64,000 nt of DNA from Anaerolineae bacterium (GCA_041082215.1 JBDOIF010000058.1:1406-65405); one strand, 5' to 3'. Positions 45,985-57,068 are shown, numbered from the stretch's first letter. A program made the numbers and translations. Notes: generated from the sequence alone by a model not told the origin.

Positions 45985-47097
45985 ATGACCCTGGTCTCCG
46001 TCGTCGGCTGCGATACCTACGACCCCGCTGCCGTCCGGCGGGCGGTGGAAAATGTGCTCGCCCCTCTGGGAGGGATCGGCCGCTTCGTCCGCCCCGGAAT
46101 GCGGGTGCTCCTCAAGCCCAACCTGCTGGCCGCCGCCCCGCTGGACCGGGCTGTCACCACTCACCCGACGGTGGTGCAGGCGGTGGCGGAGATGGTACAG
46201 GAGGCCGGTGGGGAGGTCTGGATCGGCGACTCCCCGCCCGGACCGGCCAGGGAGGTCCCTTCCATCTGGCGCAGGAGCGGGATGGCGGACGTGGCCGACC
46301 GGACCGGAGCCCGGCTCCTCCTCTTCGACAGCGTGGCCTGGAAGCGGCTAAATGGCAACGACTACTTCATCGCCCGCCCCCTCCTCGAGGCCGACCTGGT
46401 GATCAACCTCCCCAAGCTGAAGACCCACGTCCTTACCCTCTATACGGGAGCGGTGAAGAACCTCTTTGGCTCTATCCCCGGCGCTCGAAAACGGGAGGTC
46501 CACCTGCGGGCCCCCGGCGTGCAGGATTTCAGCCGGGCACTGGCCGATGTGCTGGAGCTGGTCCGGCCCGGACTGACGATCCTGGACGGGGTGGTGGGGC
46601 AGGAGGGGAACGGGCCGGGAATGGGAGGAACGCCCCATCCCTACCGGTGCATCGCGGCCTCGACTGACCCGGTGGCGCTGGATGCGGTGGTTGCCCGCGC
46701 GATGGGATACCGGCCCGGCGAGGTGCTCCACCTGGTCGAGGCGGACCGGCGGGGGCTCGGCCAGGCCAGTCCCGATACAGTGCGGGTGGAGGGGGATCGG
46801 CAGGCGCTCGATTTCGGCCCCCTCCGCCTGCCCAGACCGCGGTGGTATTTCCGCATCCCCTCCTGGATGGCCGCACCGCTCCGACGGGGGGTCCGGTTGC
46901 AGCCCTATCTTTTGCCATCCCTCTGCGCTGGCTGCGGTCGTTGCGCCGGGGCCTGCCCCCGCCAGGCCATCACCCCTGGTCACCCCCCGGCATTCGATCT
47001 GGAACGCTGCATCGGCTGTCTCTGCTGTGCCGAGGTCTGCCCCCAGGCGGCCATCGAGCCCCGCCGCAGTCTCCTCGCCCGGCTGGTGGGGATGTGA
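45985..47097 (+). CDS. DUF362-domain protein with two C-terminal 4Fe-4S ferredoxin-type motifs.
   Basis: VVGCDTYD...VLLKPNLL...TTHPTVVQAV...IGDSPPG, then CAGCGRCAGACP and CIGCLCCAEVCP. Confidence 0.65.
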   Translation: MTLVSVVGCDTYDPAAVRRAVENVLAPLGGIGRFVRPGMRVLLKPNLLAAAPLDRAVTTHPTVVQAVAEMVQEAGGEVWIGDSPPGPAREVPSIWRRSGMADVADRTGARLLLFDSVAWKRLNGNDYFIARPLLEADLVINLPKLKTHVLTLYTGAVKNLFGSIPGARKREVHLRAPGVQDFSRALADVLELVRPGLTILDGVVGQEGNGPGMGGTPHPYRCIAASTDPVALDAVVARAMGYRPGEVLHLVEADRRGLGQASPDTVRVEGDRQALDFGPLRLPRPRWYFRIPSWMAAPLRRGVRLQPYLLPSLCAGCGRCAGACPRQAITPGHPPAFDLERCIGCLCCAEVCPQAAIEPRRSLLARLVGM

Positions 47098-47141
47098 TCC
47101 GAATCTTTCTGCGGCCGCAGTAGCTTCAGTGACAGTACTGA

Positions 47142-47993
47142 TCAGTGATGGGTCTCCCGGTCGAACAGGCCCCGTTCCCGCGCCACACGCTCGCACCAGC
47201 GGAACACCCCCAGCCCCACTCCGGCGGAGAGAAGGGCGATGCCGGCCAGGATGGCCAGGAGCCAGCCGTTGCTCAGCGGGCCCAGGAAGCTGAACTCCGC
47301 TTCTATCCCCGCCAGCAGCGCCCGTCGAACCAGCTCCAGCCAGTAGGTGAGGGGCATGGCGTAGCCCAGAGGCTGGAGAAAGGGGGGCAGGAGGGACAGG
47401 GGGAAGATCGCCCCGCTGAAGAGGTACAGTGCTCCGGCCACCGCCTCCCCCACCATCCAGGCCTCGCGGGCCGTCCGCAGCGTGACGCCGGCCAGGATAA
47501 GCCCCAGAAAAGCCAGCGCGGGCAACCCCAGCCCCATCGCTGCCGCCAGGAGCAGCCAGTTGATCCCTCCCAGGCGGAGGGGGACCTGCAGGAACACCAC
47601 CCCGAAGAGCAGGGTGATGAGCACCGAGAGGGTGCCGGTGAGCACGCGGGCCATTGCCCGCCCCATCAGATAAGGGACCATCCGCACCGGCGAGGCGTAG
47701 AGGTATTTCAGGGTTTGATAATGCTCCCGGTCATCAATCACAGCCCAACTGACCCCCATCAGCACGCTGCCGACGTAGATGTAGAAGGCGTTCCCCAGGA
47801 AGATATAAGCGAAAAGAGGGTCGTTTGTCTGCCTGCCGCCGCTGACGACGGTGTACATCAGCACCAGGATCATCGCCCCTGCCACCGGTTTGATGATGGA
47901 GTAGATGGCGAAGAGGAAGGGATCGGTCCAGTTCGACTCGATCTGCCAGCCCAGCCAGGTGGCCATACGGAAGGATCGGAGCGCCTCTTTCAT
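47142..47993 (-). CDS. ABC-2 family transporter permease with no adjacent ATPase gene.
   Basis: Six transmembrane helices, ABC-2 topology. Preferred start is the ATG at 47991-47993 (MKEALRS); the ORF track extends it to a TTG at 48018-48020. Confidence 0.65.
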   Translation of the reverse strand: MKEALRSFRMATWLGWQIESNWTDPFLFAIYSIIKPVAGAMILVLMYTVVSGGRQTNDPLFAYIFLGNAFYIYVGSVLMGVSWAVIDDREHYQTLKYLYASPVRMVPYLMGRAMARVLTGTLSVLITLLFGVVFLQVPLRLGGINWLLLAAAMGLGLPALAFLGLILAGVTLRTAREAWMVGEAVAGALYLFSGAIFPLSLLPPFLQPLGYAMPLTYWLELVRRALLAGIEAEFSFLGPLSNGWLLAILAGIALLSAGVGLGVFRWCERVARERGLFDRETHH

Positions 47994-48015
47994 AACAAAT
48001 ATTATACCGCTGTAA

Positions 48016-48035
48016 GACAACTCGCGCGAGTTGTC
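48016..48035. promoter_or_regulatory. Perfect 20-bp palindrome (putative operator) overlapping the permease promoter.
   Basis: gacaactcgcgcgagttgtc. On the minus strand it lies immediately upstream of TATAAT (complement of 48001-48006), which ends about 7 nt before the ATG. Confidence 0.4.
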
Positions 48036-48252
48036 CTAACCGGAATTTGTGGTAAAATTTATAGGTGGCCGCAGCCTGAAGAGTCAAATTCCGGCTGGCT
48101 ACAGCATCCGGCCCGATGGGTTTTGGGGCGGAGGGCTGCCTGTTCTGGGTCCCCGTAAATGGCCCGGCCATCCCCGGCCGGGCTTTGCTGTGGAAAGGGC
48201 GGGGGAACAACCGGCCTCCAATTCGAGTTGATAATAAATTGAATCCGCAATT

Positions 48253-48281
48253 TTGACGATATTCTCATTTCGTGTTATACT
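48253..48281 (+). promoter_or_regulatory. Putative sigma70 promoter for rpoB.
   Basis: TTGACG (48253-48258) - 17 nt - TATACT (48276-48281), with an AT-rich UP-like element upstream. Confidence 0.45.
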
Positions 48282-48320
48282 TTAAGTTCGCATTTTTCTA
48301 CCCGGCCCTGGAGGGCTGGG

Positions 48321-48489
48321 CTTCGGACAGGAGTTCGGACAGGGTAGGATAGTGGACCTCACCCCTCCCCTACCCCCTCCCTTCTCCCGCCGCGCGGGAG
48401 AGGGGAGGGGGCCAGGGGGTAGGGTGAGGGGGATGGGGTGAGGTCAGAAGCGACCGATGAGCGTTTGTGTCCGAACTAGCGTCCGAATC
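48321..48489 (+). repeat. Nested inverted repeats in the rpoB leader. The outer arms are cttcggacaggagttcggacagg / tgtccgaactagcgtccgaatc; the inner element is a long G-rich / C-rich imperfect palindrome.
   Basis: agttcggaca (48332-48341) is the reverse complement of tgtccgaact (48468-48477). The inner arms gacctcacccctcccctaccccctccc...cccgc and gcggg...gggagggg...ggggtgaggtc are complementary with bulges. Confidence 0.5.
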
Positions 48490-48527
48490 TCAGTGGGGGG
48501 CCGTTGACGGTGATTTGAGGGGGAGGT

Positions 48528-51500
48528 ATGCAGACATCGGGTTGGGGCAGTAAGTCCTACGCTCGTATGGCAGGCTCTTTGAGCTTGCCGACATTGATCG
48601 AAGTCCAGCTGGAATCCTATCGCTGGTTCCAGGAACAGGGGCTGAGAGAGCTCTTCGATGAAATCTCGCCTATCGAGAGCTACACCGGCACCCTTCGTCT
48701 CCATTTCCCCAGCTTCAGGCCGGAGAGCGCCCAGTTGGGGCTGAAGTACCGCTTCGGCGAACCCACTTACAGCCAGGAAGAGTGCCTGGAGCGGGATGTC
48801 ACCTACGCCGCGCCCCTCTTCGTCGAGGTCGCGCTGGAAAACCGGGAGACAGACGAGATCATCAAGTCGGAGATCTTCCTGGGCGACTTCCCGCTGATGA
48901 CCGAGAACGGTACTTTCATCATCAACGGGACGGAGCGGGTGGTGGTCAGCCAGTTGATCCGCTCCCCCGGCGTCTATTTTGACGTCGAGGAGGACCGGGC
49001 CACCGGCCGGCGGCTCTGTATGGCCAAGCTGATCCCGGACCGGGGCGCCTGGATGGAGTTTGAGACCCGCAAGACCGGCTATCTTACCCTCAAATTCAAC
49101 CGGAAGCGCACGGTCCCGGTCACGATCATCCTCCGGGCCCTGGCCGCGGTGGACGATGGGACGGGGTCAGATGTCCTCACCCAGGGGACAGACGAGGAGC
49201 TGCTGGAGCTGTTCGCCGATGTGGATGTGCTCCCTGAGGTCCAGTGGATCCCTACCACCATCCGCCAGGAACCCAATTGGGAGCCGGAGGAGGGGCGGAC
49301 CATCGCTCAGGAAGCGTTGCTTGAGTTCTATCGCCGCATGCGGCCGGGTGACCCGCCCACGCTGGAGAATGCCAGGGAATTCCTCACCTCTCAGCTCTTC
49401 GATGAACGGCGGTACGACCTGCAGCGGGTGGGGCGGTACAAGCTGAACCAGCGGCTGGGGCTGAATCTGCCGCCCGATTGGCGGACGGTGACCAAAAGGG
49501 ACATCGTCGCGCTGGTCCAGCATATGATCCGCATCAACAACGGGATCGAGGACGCCGACGACGTAGACCACCTGGGCAACCGGCGGGTTAAGACGGTCGG
49601 CGAGCTGATCCAGAGCAAGTTCCGCGTCGGCCTCCTGCGTATGGAGCGGGTGGTCAAAGAGCGAATGTCCCTCCGAAGCGAGACGGAGTCCCCCACACCG
49701 GTCAATCTGATCAACATCCGCCCTGTGGTCGCCGCTATGCGGGAGTTCTTCGGCTCCAGCCAGCTTTCCCAGTTTATGGACCAGACCAACCCGCTGGCGG
49801 AGCTGACCCACAAGCGAACCCTCTCCGCCCTCGGGCCCGGGGGGTTGCGAAGGGAGCGGGCCGGCTTCGAGGTCCGCGATGTCCACCACTCCCACTATGG
49901 CCGTATCTGCCCCATCGAGACCCCCGAGGGACCCAACATCGGCCTCATCGGCCGTCTGGCTACCTACGCCCGGGTGAATGACCTGGGCTTCATCGAGACC
50001 CCCTACCGCCGGGTGATCCGCTCCGTGCCCCCTACGGTGGAAGCCCTGACCGGGAAGACGCTGCGGGAACCGGTGGTGGACCCCGAAAGCGGGGAGGTGG
50101 TGGCCGAGGCGGGGGCCGAGGTCACTCCCGAACTGGCCGAGCGGATCGCGGCTCTGAACCTCCCCGATGAGGTGCCCATCCGCCCTCAGGTGACGGACGA
50201 GATCGTTTACCTTTCCGCAGACAGGGAAGAGCACTATACCGTCGCTCAGGCCAATGCCCGGCTGGACGAGAAGGGCCACTTCGTCCATCCCCGCATCTCC
50301 GCCCGAAGGGGGGAGGAGTTCCTGCTCACCTCTCCGGAGCAGGTAGATTTCATTGACGTGGCCCCCTGCCAGGTCGTGGGCGTCTCGGCTGCCCTGATCC
50401 CCTTCCTGGAGCACGACGACGCCAACCGGGCTCTGATGGGCTCCAATATGCAGCGGCAGGCGGTCCCCCTGATCCAGCCGGAGGCTCCCCTGGTAGCCAC
50501 AGGGATCGAGCGGCAGGCGGCGGTTGACTCCGGTCAGGTGATCCTGGCCGAGGCCGACGGCGAAGTGGTCAGCGTCACCGGCGACCGGATCGTGGTGCTG
50601 GAGGAGAACGGCCGCAAGCGGGCCTACTCCCTCCGCAAATACGACCGCTCCAACCAGTCCACCTGCATTGACCAGCGGCCGACGGTCTACAAGGGGCAAA
50701 AGGTAAGAAAGGGAGACGTGCTGGCGGATAGCTCTTCCACCTGCGGGGGGGAGCTGGCCCTGGGCCATAACGTCCTCTGCGCCTTTCTCTCCTGGGAGGG
50801 CGGGAACTTCGAGGATGCGATCCTGATCAGCGAGAGCCTTATCCGGGAGGACAAGTTCACCTCCGTCCACATCGAAAAGCACGAGGCGGAAGCAAGGGAT
50901 ACCAAGCTCGGACCGGAGGAGATCACGCGGGATATCCCCAACGTGGGGGATGAGGCTTTGAAGGACCTGGACGAGGACGGGATCATCCGCATCGGCGCAG
51001 AGGTCGGCCCCTCCGACATCCTGGTGGGCAAGATCACCCCTAAGGGAGAAAAGGAGCTGACGCCGGAGGAGAAGCTGCTGCGGGCCATCTTTGGGGAGAA
51101 AGCGCGGGAGGTGAAGGATTCCAGCCTCCGTATGCCCCACGGCGAACGGGGTAAGGTCGTGGATGTGAGGATCTTCGACCGGGAGGAGTATCAGGACCTG
51201 CCCACCGGTGTCGAGCGGATGGTGCGGGTGAGCGTGGCACAACGGCGCAAGATCACCGAAGGGGATAAGATGGCCGGCCGCCACGGTAACAAGGGGGTCA
51301 TCTCCCAGGTGGTGCCGATCGAGGATATGCCGTTCCTGAAAGACGGCACGCCGATCGAGCTGATCCTGAACCCCCTGGGGGTGCCGGGCCGGATGAACAT
51401 CGGGCAGGTGCTGGAAACCCATCTGGGGTGGACGGCCAGTCGGCTGGGGCTTCAGGCGATCAGCCCTGTCTTCGACGGCGCGACGGAGGACCAGATCGCC

Positions 51501-52454
51501 GCCGAGCTGGCCCGCGCCTGGCTGATTGACCGGGCCTGGAAGGAGATCACGGAACGGGCCTGGGCCTGGCTGAAGGCCCAGGATTACCCGCTGGAGACCC
51601 TCACCGATGACGATGAAGCCCGTCTGCTGTACATCGTCGCCTGGCTGGCCAATCGGGGGTATGACGAGGGGCAACTGGTGGAGAACGTCGTCTACGCCCG
51701 CCGTTCCGTCCTGCGGGAATGGCTGAAAGAGCGGGGGTATGACCCCGATGAGCTTCTCTCCTTTGAGGACGACACCCGGTCGCTGGTCGAGCGGGAGGAG
51801 GCGGACCGGGCCGCCCGGGTGGCCTGCCTGCGGATCTGGCTGGAGGACCGGGGACGGGATACGGCGGCCCTGAAGGACGAGGAGGTGGAGCTGCTGGCGA
51901 CCGAGGTGAGCCTGGAGCTGAAGGACCCATTGCCGACGCTGGGAAAGGCGATCCTCTACGATGGGAAGACCGGTGAGCCCTTCGACCAGCCAGTGACGGT
52001 GGGGATGATCTATATGATGAAGCTGGCCCACATGGTCGAAGATAAGGTGCACGCCCGTTCCACCGGCCCCTACAGCCTGGTCACTCAGCAGCCGCTGGGC
52101 GGGAAGGCCCAGTTCGGCGGGCAGCGGTTCGGCGAGATGGAGGTGTGGGCGCTGGAAGCCTACGGGGCGGCCTACACCCTGCAGGAAATGCTCACCATCA
52201 AGTCGGACGACGTGCAGGGGCGGGTGCAGGCCTATGAGTCCATCGTCAAAGGGGAGCCGATCGGCGAGTCCGGTGTGCCTGCCTCCTTTAAGGTGCTGGT
52301 CAAAGAGCTCCAGAGCCTCGGCCTGGCGGTGGAAGCGGTGACGGAGAGCGGCGAGGTCCTCCACTTCGGCCGGGAGGAGAGCCGCTTCCGCGTCCCCCGT
52401 CTGGCTATGGGGTTGCTGGGACTGGGAGATCGCAAGAGTGGCCCATTTGACTAA
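48528..52454 (+). CDS. rpoB: DNA-directed RNA polymerase beta subunit.
   Basis: Canonical rpoB blocks throughout (e.g. [69 protein letters not shown]). Compared with E. coli, the dispensable region near residues 1000-1130 is about 60 aa longer. Confidence 0.97.
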   Translation: MQTSGWGSKSYARMAGSLSLPTLIEVQLESYRWFQEQGLRELFDEISPIESYTGTLRLHFPSFRPESAQLGLKYRFGEPTYSQEECLERDVTYAAPLFVEVALENRETDEIIKSEIFLGDFPLMTENGTFIINGTERVVVSQLIRSPGVYFDVEEDRATGRRLCMAKLIPDRGAWMEFETRKTGYLTLKFNRKRTVPVTIILRALAAVDDGTGSDVLTQGTDEELLELFADVDVLPEVQWIPTTIRQEPNWEPEEGRTIAQEALLEFYRRMRPGDPPTLENAREFLTSQLFDERRYDLQRVGRYKLNQRLGLNLPPDWRTVTKRDIVALVQHMIRINNGIEDADDVDHLGNRRVKTVGELIQSKFRVGLLRMERVVKERMSLRSETESPTPVNLINIRPVVAAMREFFGSSQLSQFMDQTNPLAELTHKRTLSALGPGGLRRERAGFEVRDVHHSHYGRICPIETPEGPNIGLIGRLATYARVNDLGFIETPYRRVIRSVPPTVEALTGKTLREPVVDPESGEVVAEAGAEVTPELAERIAALNLPDEVPIRPQVTDEIVYLSADREEHYTVAQANARLDEKGHFVHPRISARRGEEFLLTSPEQVDFIDVAPCQVVGVSAALIPFLEHDDANRALMGSNMQRQAVPLIQPEAPLVATGIERQAAVDSGQVILAEADGEVVSVTGDRIVVLEENGRKRAYSLRKYDRSNQSTCIDQRPTVYKGQKVRKGDVLADSSSTCGGELALGHNVLCAFLSWEGGNFEDAILISESLIREDKFTSVHIEKHEAEARDTKLGPEEITRDIPNVGDEALKDLDEDGIIRIGAEVGPSDILVGKITPKGEKELTPEEKLLRAIFGEKAREVKDSSLRMPHGERGKVVDVRIFDREEYQDLPTGVERMVRVSVAQRRKITEGDKMAGRHGNKGVISQVVPIEDMPFLKDGTPIELILNPLGVPGRMNIGQVLETHLGWTASRLGLQAISPVFDGATEDQIAAELARAWLIDRAWKEITERAWAWLKAQDYPLETLTDDDEARLLYIVAWLANRGYDEGQLVENVVYARRSVLREWLKERGYDPDELLSFEDDTRSLVEREEADRAARVACLRIWLEDRGRDTAALKDEEVELLATEVSLELKDPLPTLGKAILYDGKTGEPFDQPVTVGMIYMMKLAHMVEDKVHARSTGPYSLVTQQPLGGKAQFGGQRFGEMEVWALEAYGAAYTLQEMLTIKSDDVQGRVQAYESIVKGEPIGESGVPASFKVLVKELQSLGLAVEAVTESGEVLHFGREESRFRVPRLAMGLLGLGDRKSGPFD

Positions 52455-52606
52455 ATTCCGCTCTTGTGTTAAAATATCTGTTCGTTGGGAGGGCGACAGC
52501 CATATCTCCTGTCGCCTGGTTGACAGAGTAGCTTTTGGACATGGGGAGAAGGAGGCCATCGAAAGGGTGGATGGCCTTCTTCGCTGACGCATCTGGGGGG
52601 AGTAGC

Positions 52607-53026
52607 GTGCCTACGATCAACCAGTTAGTACATAAGGGGAGAAAACCGAAGCGGAGGAAGACAAAGGCTCCGGCGTTGCAGTTTGTCTTCAACTCCTACC
52701 GGCAGCGGCGGTACCGGGAGCCTAAAGGGGCCCCGCAAAAACGGGGGGTCTGTACCCAGGTCCGCACGATGACGCCGAAGAAGCCGAACTCCGCCCTGCG
52801 GAAGATCGCCCGCGTGCGGCTGACCAACGGCATTGAGGTCACTGCCTATATTCCGGGTGAGGGGCACAACCTGCAGGAGCACTCGGTGGTGCTGGTGCGC
52901 GGTGGCCGCGTGAAGGACCTGCCCGGTGTCCGCTATCACATCATCCGCGGCGCGCTGGATGCCGCAGGAGTTGATGGCCGTGTCCAGCAGCGGTCCAAGT
53001 ATGGCACCAAGCTGGGCAAGAAGTAG
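52607..53026 (+). CDS. rpsL: 30S ribosomal protein S12.
   Basis: GTG start, then PTINQLV...[59 protein letters not shown]. The ORF track extends to an upstream ATG at 52535. Confidence 0.9.
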   Translation: MPTINQLVHKGRKPKRRKTKAPALQFVFNSYRQRRYREPKGAPQKRGVCTQVRTMTPKKPNSALRKIARVRLTNGIEVTAYIPGEGHNLQEHSVVLVRGGRVKDLPGVRYHIIRGALDAAGVDGRVQQRSKYGTKLGKK

Positions 53027-53039
53027 GGGGTAGGGAAGC

Positions 53040-53510
53040 ATGCCCAGACGGTATCGTCCACCCAGAAGGTCAGTTGAGCCAGACCTGCGGTACAACAGCG
53101 AAATGGTCGCCCGGTTCATCAACAAGGTGATGAGGGACGGCAAGAAGAGCCTCGCAGCCCACATCGTCTACCGGGCGATGGATATCGTCGAGGAGCGGGC
53201 GAAGCGGCCTGCGCTGGAGGTCTTCGAGGAGGCGATTCGGAACGTCTCCCCGGTGCTGGAGGTGAAGCCCCGCCGTGTGGGAGGTTCCACATATCAGATT
53301 CCGGTGGAAGTGCCACCCCATCGGCAGGCCAGCCTGGCGATGCGTTGGATCCTGACGGCAGCCCGCCAGCGACCCGGCCTTTCGATGGCAGAAAAGCTGG
53401 CTGCCGAGTTGATTGACGCGGCCAATCGGACCGGGGCGGCGGTTAAGAAACGGGAAGATACGCACAGGATGGCGGAAGCCAACCGGGCGTTTGCCCATTA
53501 CCGGTGGTAG
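53040..53510 (+). CDS. rpsG: 30S ribosomal protein S7.
   Basis: [10 protein letters not shown]...[23 protein letters not shown]. Confidence 0.95.
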   Translation: MPRRYRPPRRSVEPDLRYNSEMVARFINKVMRDGKKSLAAHIVYRAMDIVEERAKRPALEVFEEAIRNVSPVLEVKPRRVGGSTYQIPVEVPPHRQASLAMRWILTAARQRPGLSMAEKLAAELIDAANRTGAAVKKREDTHRMAEANRAFAHYRW

Positions 53511-53581
53511 TACGCAACACGCAATACGCAACACGTGCCTTGTGTTTCGTGTTGCGTGCTCCATAAGCGGTGTGGCGGGCG
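53511..53581. repeat. Inverted / direct repeat spacer between rpsG and fusA: 2x acgcaacacg plus the complement cgtgttgcgt.
   Basis: tagtacgcaacacgcaatacgcaacacgtgccttgtgtttcgtgttgcgtgctcc. The same 11-mer tacgcaacacg occurs at 62634-62644 in the rplN-rplX spacer. Confidence 0.5.
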
Positions 53582-55660
53582 ATGAGCAGTGCACACTCTC
53601 TGGAGCGCGTTCGCAATATCGGCATCATCGCCCACATTGACGCCGGAAAGACGACGACCACCGAGCGGGTGCTCTTTTACACAGGTAGAACCCATCGGAT
53701 GGGGACGGTTGACGAAGGGACAACCGTCACCGACTGGATGGTCCAGGAAAAGGAGCGGGGGATCACTATCACCGCTGCGGCGGTGACCTGCTTCTGGCGG
53801 GACCATCAGATTAACATCGTGGATACACCGGGGCACATTGATTTCACCGCCGAGGTCCAGCGCAGCCTGCGAGTCCTCGACGGCGGAGTCGTGGTCTTCG
53901 ACGCTGTAGCGGGAGTCGAGCCGCAGTCGGAAACGGTCTGGCGACAGGCTCGCTCCTTCGGCGTGCCCCTGATCGCGTTCGTTAACAAAATGGATAAGCT
54001 GGGCGCCGACTTCGCCCACGCGGTGGGGACAATCCGCGAACGGCTGGGTGCCAACCCTGTGATGGTCCAGTGGCCCATCGGCCGGGAGTCCTCCTTCCGG
54101 GGAGTGGTGGACCTCCTGGAGATGCATGCGGTGGTGTGGGTGGACGAGCTGGGGAAGTTGCCTCAGATCGAGCCGATCCCCCCCGAACTGCTCGACGAGG
54201 TAATGGAGGTCCGGGAACAGACGCTGGAGCAGATCGTCGAGCTGGACGACGAGCTGACCCTCCGCTACCTGGAAGGGGAAGAGATCGCGGCAGCGGAGCT
54301 GAGACGGGTTCTGCGGGTAGCCACCTTGAAGGGGGAGCTGACTCCCGTGCTCTGCGGCTCGGCGCTGCGGAACAAGGGGGTACAGCCCCTGCTGGATGCC
54401 ATCGTGGATTACCTGCCCTCCCCGCTGGACATCCCACCGGTGGAGGGGGAGAACCCCTACACGGGAAAGGTGGAGACCCGTCCGGCCGATATGAATGCGC
54501 CGCTGGCGGCCCTGGCTTTTAAGGTGGCCAGCGATCCCTATGTGGGCCGCCTGGTCTATCTGCGGATCTACTCCGGCAAGCTCAAAGTCGGCAGCACTGT
54601 CTACAACCCTGGGCGGGAGCGAAAGGAGCGGATCGGCAAGCTCCTGCGTATGTTCGCCCGCGACCGGGAGGAGGTGCCGGAGCTTGCGGCGGGGGACATC
54701 GGGGCGGTGGTGGGGTTGAAGCACACCTTCACCGGCGATACGCTCTGCGTACCCACTGCCCCTATCGTCCTTGAGTCCATCCGCTTTCCGGAGCCGGTCA
54801 TCTTCGTCGCCATCGAGCCGAAGACGGCCGCCGACCAGGACCGGATGAGCGAGGCGCTGCAGCGGCTGGCCGAAGAGGACCCCACTTTCGTGGTCCGCAC
54901 CGATGAGAACACCGGGCAGACCATCCTCTCGGGGATGGGGGAGCTCCATCTGGAGATTCTGGTGGACCGGCTGGTGCGGGAGTTCCACGTGGAGGGGCGG
55001 GTCAGTCGCCCGCGGGTGGCCTACCGGGAGACGGTCACTGCCTGGGCGGAGGCGGAGGGGCTCTTCGACCGGCTGGCAGGCGGCAAGCCCCAGTATGCCC
55101 GGCTACGGCTGGCAGTGGAGCCGCAGCCTCCGGGAGAGGGGTTCCGCTTCGAGGACAGGACCGGGGAGAAGGATTTCCCCCCAGCATTCCTGCGGGCAGT
55201 GGAGGAAGGCTGCCGCGAGGGGATGGAGAGCGGGGTCCTGGCTGGCTATCCGCTGACAGATGTGGGGGTTATGCTCCTGGAAGTGGAGTGGGATCGGGAG
55301 CTCTCCTCCGAACTGGCCTTTAAGGTGGCCGGTTCGATGGCCTTCCGGGAGGCGGTGGAGCGGGCGGAGCCGGTGCTTCTGGAGCCGGTGATGCGGGTCG
55401 AGGTAGTGGTGCCGGAGCCTTTCACCGGCGAGGTGGTGGGGGATCTGAACGCGCGGGGGGCGAGTATTGAGTCCCTGGGGGCCCGCCCAGGAGGTTTCCA
55501 GGTGGTGCGGGCTTCAGTCCCCCTGGCAAGGATGTTCGGCTACGCCACCGACATTCGGTCCCTTACCCAGGGGCGCGGAACCTTTACGATGGAATTCCAC
55601 CATTACGCGCCGGTGGATAAGGAGAGGATGGACGCTATTATCTATGGCGGTGCCTGGTAG
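53582..55660 (+). CDS. fusA: Elongation factor G.
   Basis: [44 protein letters not shown]. Start chosen at [14 protein letters not shown]; the ORF track starts 12 nt earlier. Confidence 0.95.
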   Translation: MSSAHSLERVRNIGIIAHIDAGKTTTTERVLFYTGRTHRMGTVDEGTTVTDWMVQEKERGITITAAAVTCFWRDHQINIVDTPGHIDFTAEVQRSLRVLDGGVVVFDAVAGVEPQSETVWRQARSFGVPLIAFVNKMDKLGADFAHAVGTIRERLGANPVMVQWPIGRESSFRGVVDLLEMHAVVWVDELGKLPQIEPIPPELLDEVMEVREQTLEQIVELDDELTLRYLEGEEIAAAELRRVLRVATLKGELTPVLCGSALRNKGVQPLLDAIVDYLPSPLDIPPVEGENPYTGKVETRPADMNAPLAALAFKVASDPYVGRLVYLRIYSGKLKVGSTVYNPGRERKERIGKLLRMFARDREEVPELAAGDIGAVVGLKHTFTGDTLCVPTAPIVLESIRFPEPVIFVAIEPKTAADQDRMSEALQRLAEEDPTFVVRTDENTGQTILSGMGELHLEILVDRLVREFHVEGRVSRPRVAYRETVTAWAEAEGLFDRLAGGKPQYARLRLAVEPQPPGEGFRFEDRTGEKDFPPAFLRAVEEGCREGMESGVLAGYPLTDVGVMLLEVEWDRELSSELAFKVAGSMAFREAVERAEPVLLEPVMRVEVVVPEPFTGEVVGDLNARGASIESLGARPGGFQVVRASVPLARMFGYATDIRSLTQGRGTFTMEFHHYAPVDKERMDAIIYGGAW

Positions 55661-55702
55661 AAAACGCTCTCGGCGTCGGGAGTTGTTCTCCAGAGCCTTT
55701 TT

Positions 55703-55740
55703 GGGCCGGAGGATGACTCCGGCCCGTAGTTTGTCTGTGA
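55703..55740 (+). terminator. Hairpin plus U-rich tract after fusA (attenuator or weak terminator).
   Basis: gggccggag-gatga-ctccggccc followed by gtagtttgtctgt. Confidence 0.35.
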
Positions 55741-55843
55741 GAACGCTAGATTGGTGAGGCTGTGCCTTCGTGGTGGAAAAACAGAAAGGCATAAATCCTG
55801 TTAGGGAAACGAATCGTTTGCAAATCTGAAAGGAGAGAGGAGA

Positions 55844-57061
55844 ATGGCCAAGCCAAAATTCGTACGGGAAAAGCCGCATGTCAACGTCGGGACCATCGGT
55901 CACATTGACCACGGCAAGACGACATTGACCGCGGCCATCACAAAGGTGCTCGCCCTCAAGGGGATGGCGCAGTATCAGTCCTACGATCAGGTGGCAAAGG
56001 CGGACGCCAAGATGTTCCGCCGGGATGCGACCAAGATCCTGACCGTCGCTATTGCCCACGTGGAATATGAGACGGAAAAGCGACACTACGCCCACGTGGA
56101 CTGCCCGGGCCACCGGGACTACATCAAGAACATGATCACCGGTGCGGCCCAGATGGACGGGGCGATCCTGGTCGTTTCCGCTGCCGACGGCCCGATGCCT
56201 CAGACGCGGGAGCACGTGCTGCTGGCCCGGCAGGTGAACGTCCCGGCGATCGTGGTCTTCCTGAACAAGGTGGACCTGATGCCGGATGAGGAGCTGCTGG
56301 AGCTGGTCGAGCTGGAGCTGCGGGAGCTGCTGGACTCCTACGGCTTCCCCGGGGACGAGACGCCGATCGTGCGGGGCTCTGCCCTTCAGGCGCTCCAGTC
56401 GGATAGCACCAATCCCGACGCGCCGGAGTACCAGCCCATCTGGGAGCTGATGCGGGTGGTGGATGAGTACATCCCCACGCCGGTGCGGGAGGAGGATAAG
56501 CCGTTCCTGATGCCCGTCGAGGATGTCTTCAGCATCAAGGGACGGGGCACGGTGGTGACCGGCCGCGTCGAGCGAGGCACGCTCGTCCCGATGACCGAGG
56601 TGGAGATCGTTGGCCTCCGCGACCAGTCGATCAAGACCGTCGTCACCGATATGGAGATGTTCCGCAAGAAGCTGGATAAGGTGGTGGCGGGCGACAACGC
56701 CGGCCTGCTCCTGCGGGGTGTCGGGCGGGAGGAGGTGGCCCGCGGGATGGTGGTGGCCAAGCCCGGCTCGATCACGCCCCACAAGGAGTTCGAGGCCGAG
56801 GTGTACGTGCTCCGCAAGGAGGAGGGCGGCCGCCACAAGGCCTTCTTCTCCGGCTATCGGCCGCAGTTCTATATCCGCACCACCGACGTCACGGGCGAGA
56901 TCCGGCTGCCCGAGGGTGTCGAGATGGTCATGCCGGGCGACAGCGTCAACCTGCGGGTGAAGCTGATCGAGCCGGTGGCCCTGGAGCAGGGCTCCCGCTT
57001 CGCCATCCGCGAGGGCGGCCTCACCGTCGGCGCCGGCGTGATCACCAAGATTCTGGACTAG
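55844..57061 (+). CDS. tuf: Elongation factor Tu.
   Basis: [28 protein letters not shown], full three-domain length (405 aa). Switch I is atypical; see findings. Confidence 0.93.
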   Translation: MAKPKFVREKPHVNVGTIGHIDHGKTTLTAAITKVLALKGMAQYQSYDQVAKADAKMFRRDATKILTVAIAHVEYETEKRHYAHVDCPGHRDYIKNMITGAAQMDGAILVVSAADGPMPQTREHVLLARQVNVPAIVVFLNKVDLMPDEELLELVELELRELLDSYGFPGDETPIVRGSALQALQSDSTNPDAPEYQPIWELMRVVDEYIPTPVREEDKPFLMPVEDVFSIKGRGTVVTGRVERGTLVPMTEVEIVGLRDQSIKTVVTDMEMFRKKLDKVVAGDNAGLLLRGVGREEVARGMVVAKPGSITPHKEFEAEVYVLRKEEGGRHKAFFSGYRPQFYIRTTDVTGEIRLPEGVEMVMPGDSVNLRVKLIEPVALEQGSRFAIREGGLTVGAGVITKILD

Positions 57062-57068
57062 ACAAGCA

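Noticed and set aside
48049-48268. Small ORFs (60-69 aa) in the permease / rpoB divergent region.
   Set aside because: They overlap the predicted promoter and the structured leader, have no coding signature and are probably noise.
49167-52592. 1141-aa minus-strand ORF.
   Set aside because: Entirely antisense to rpoB; a GC-driven open frame with no recognisable domains.
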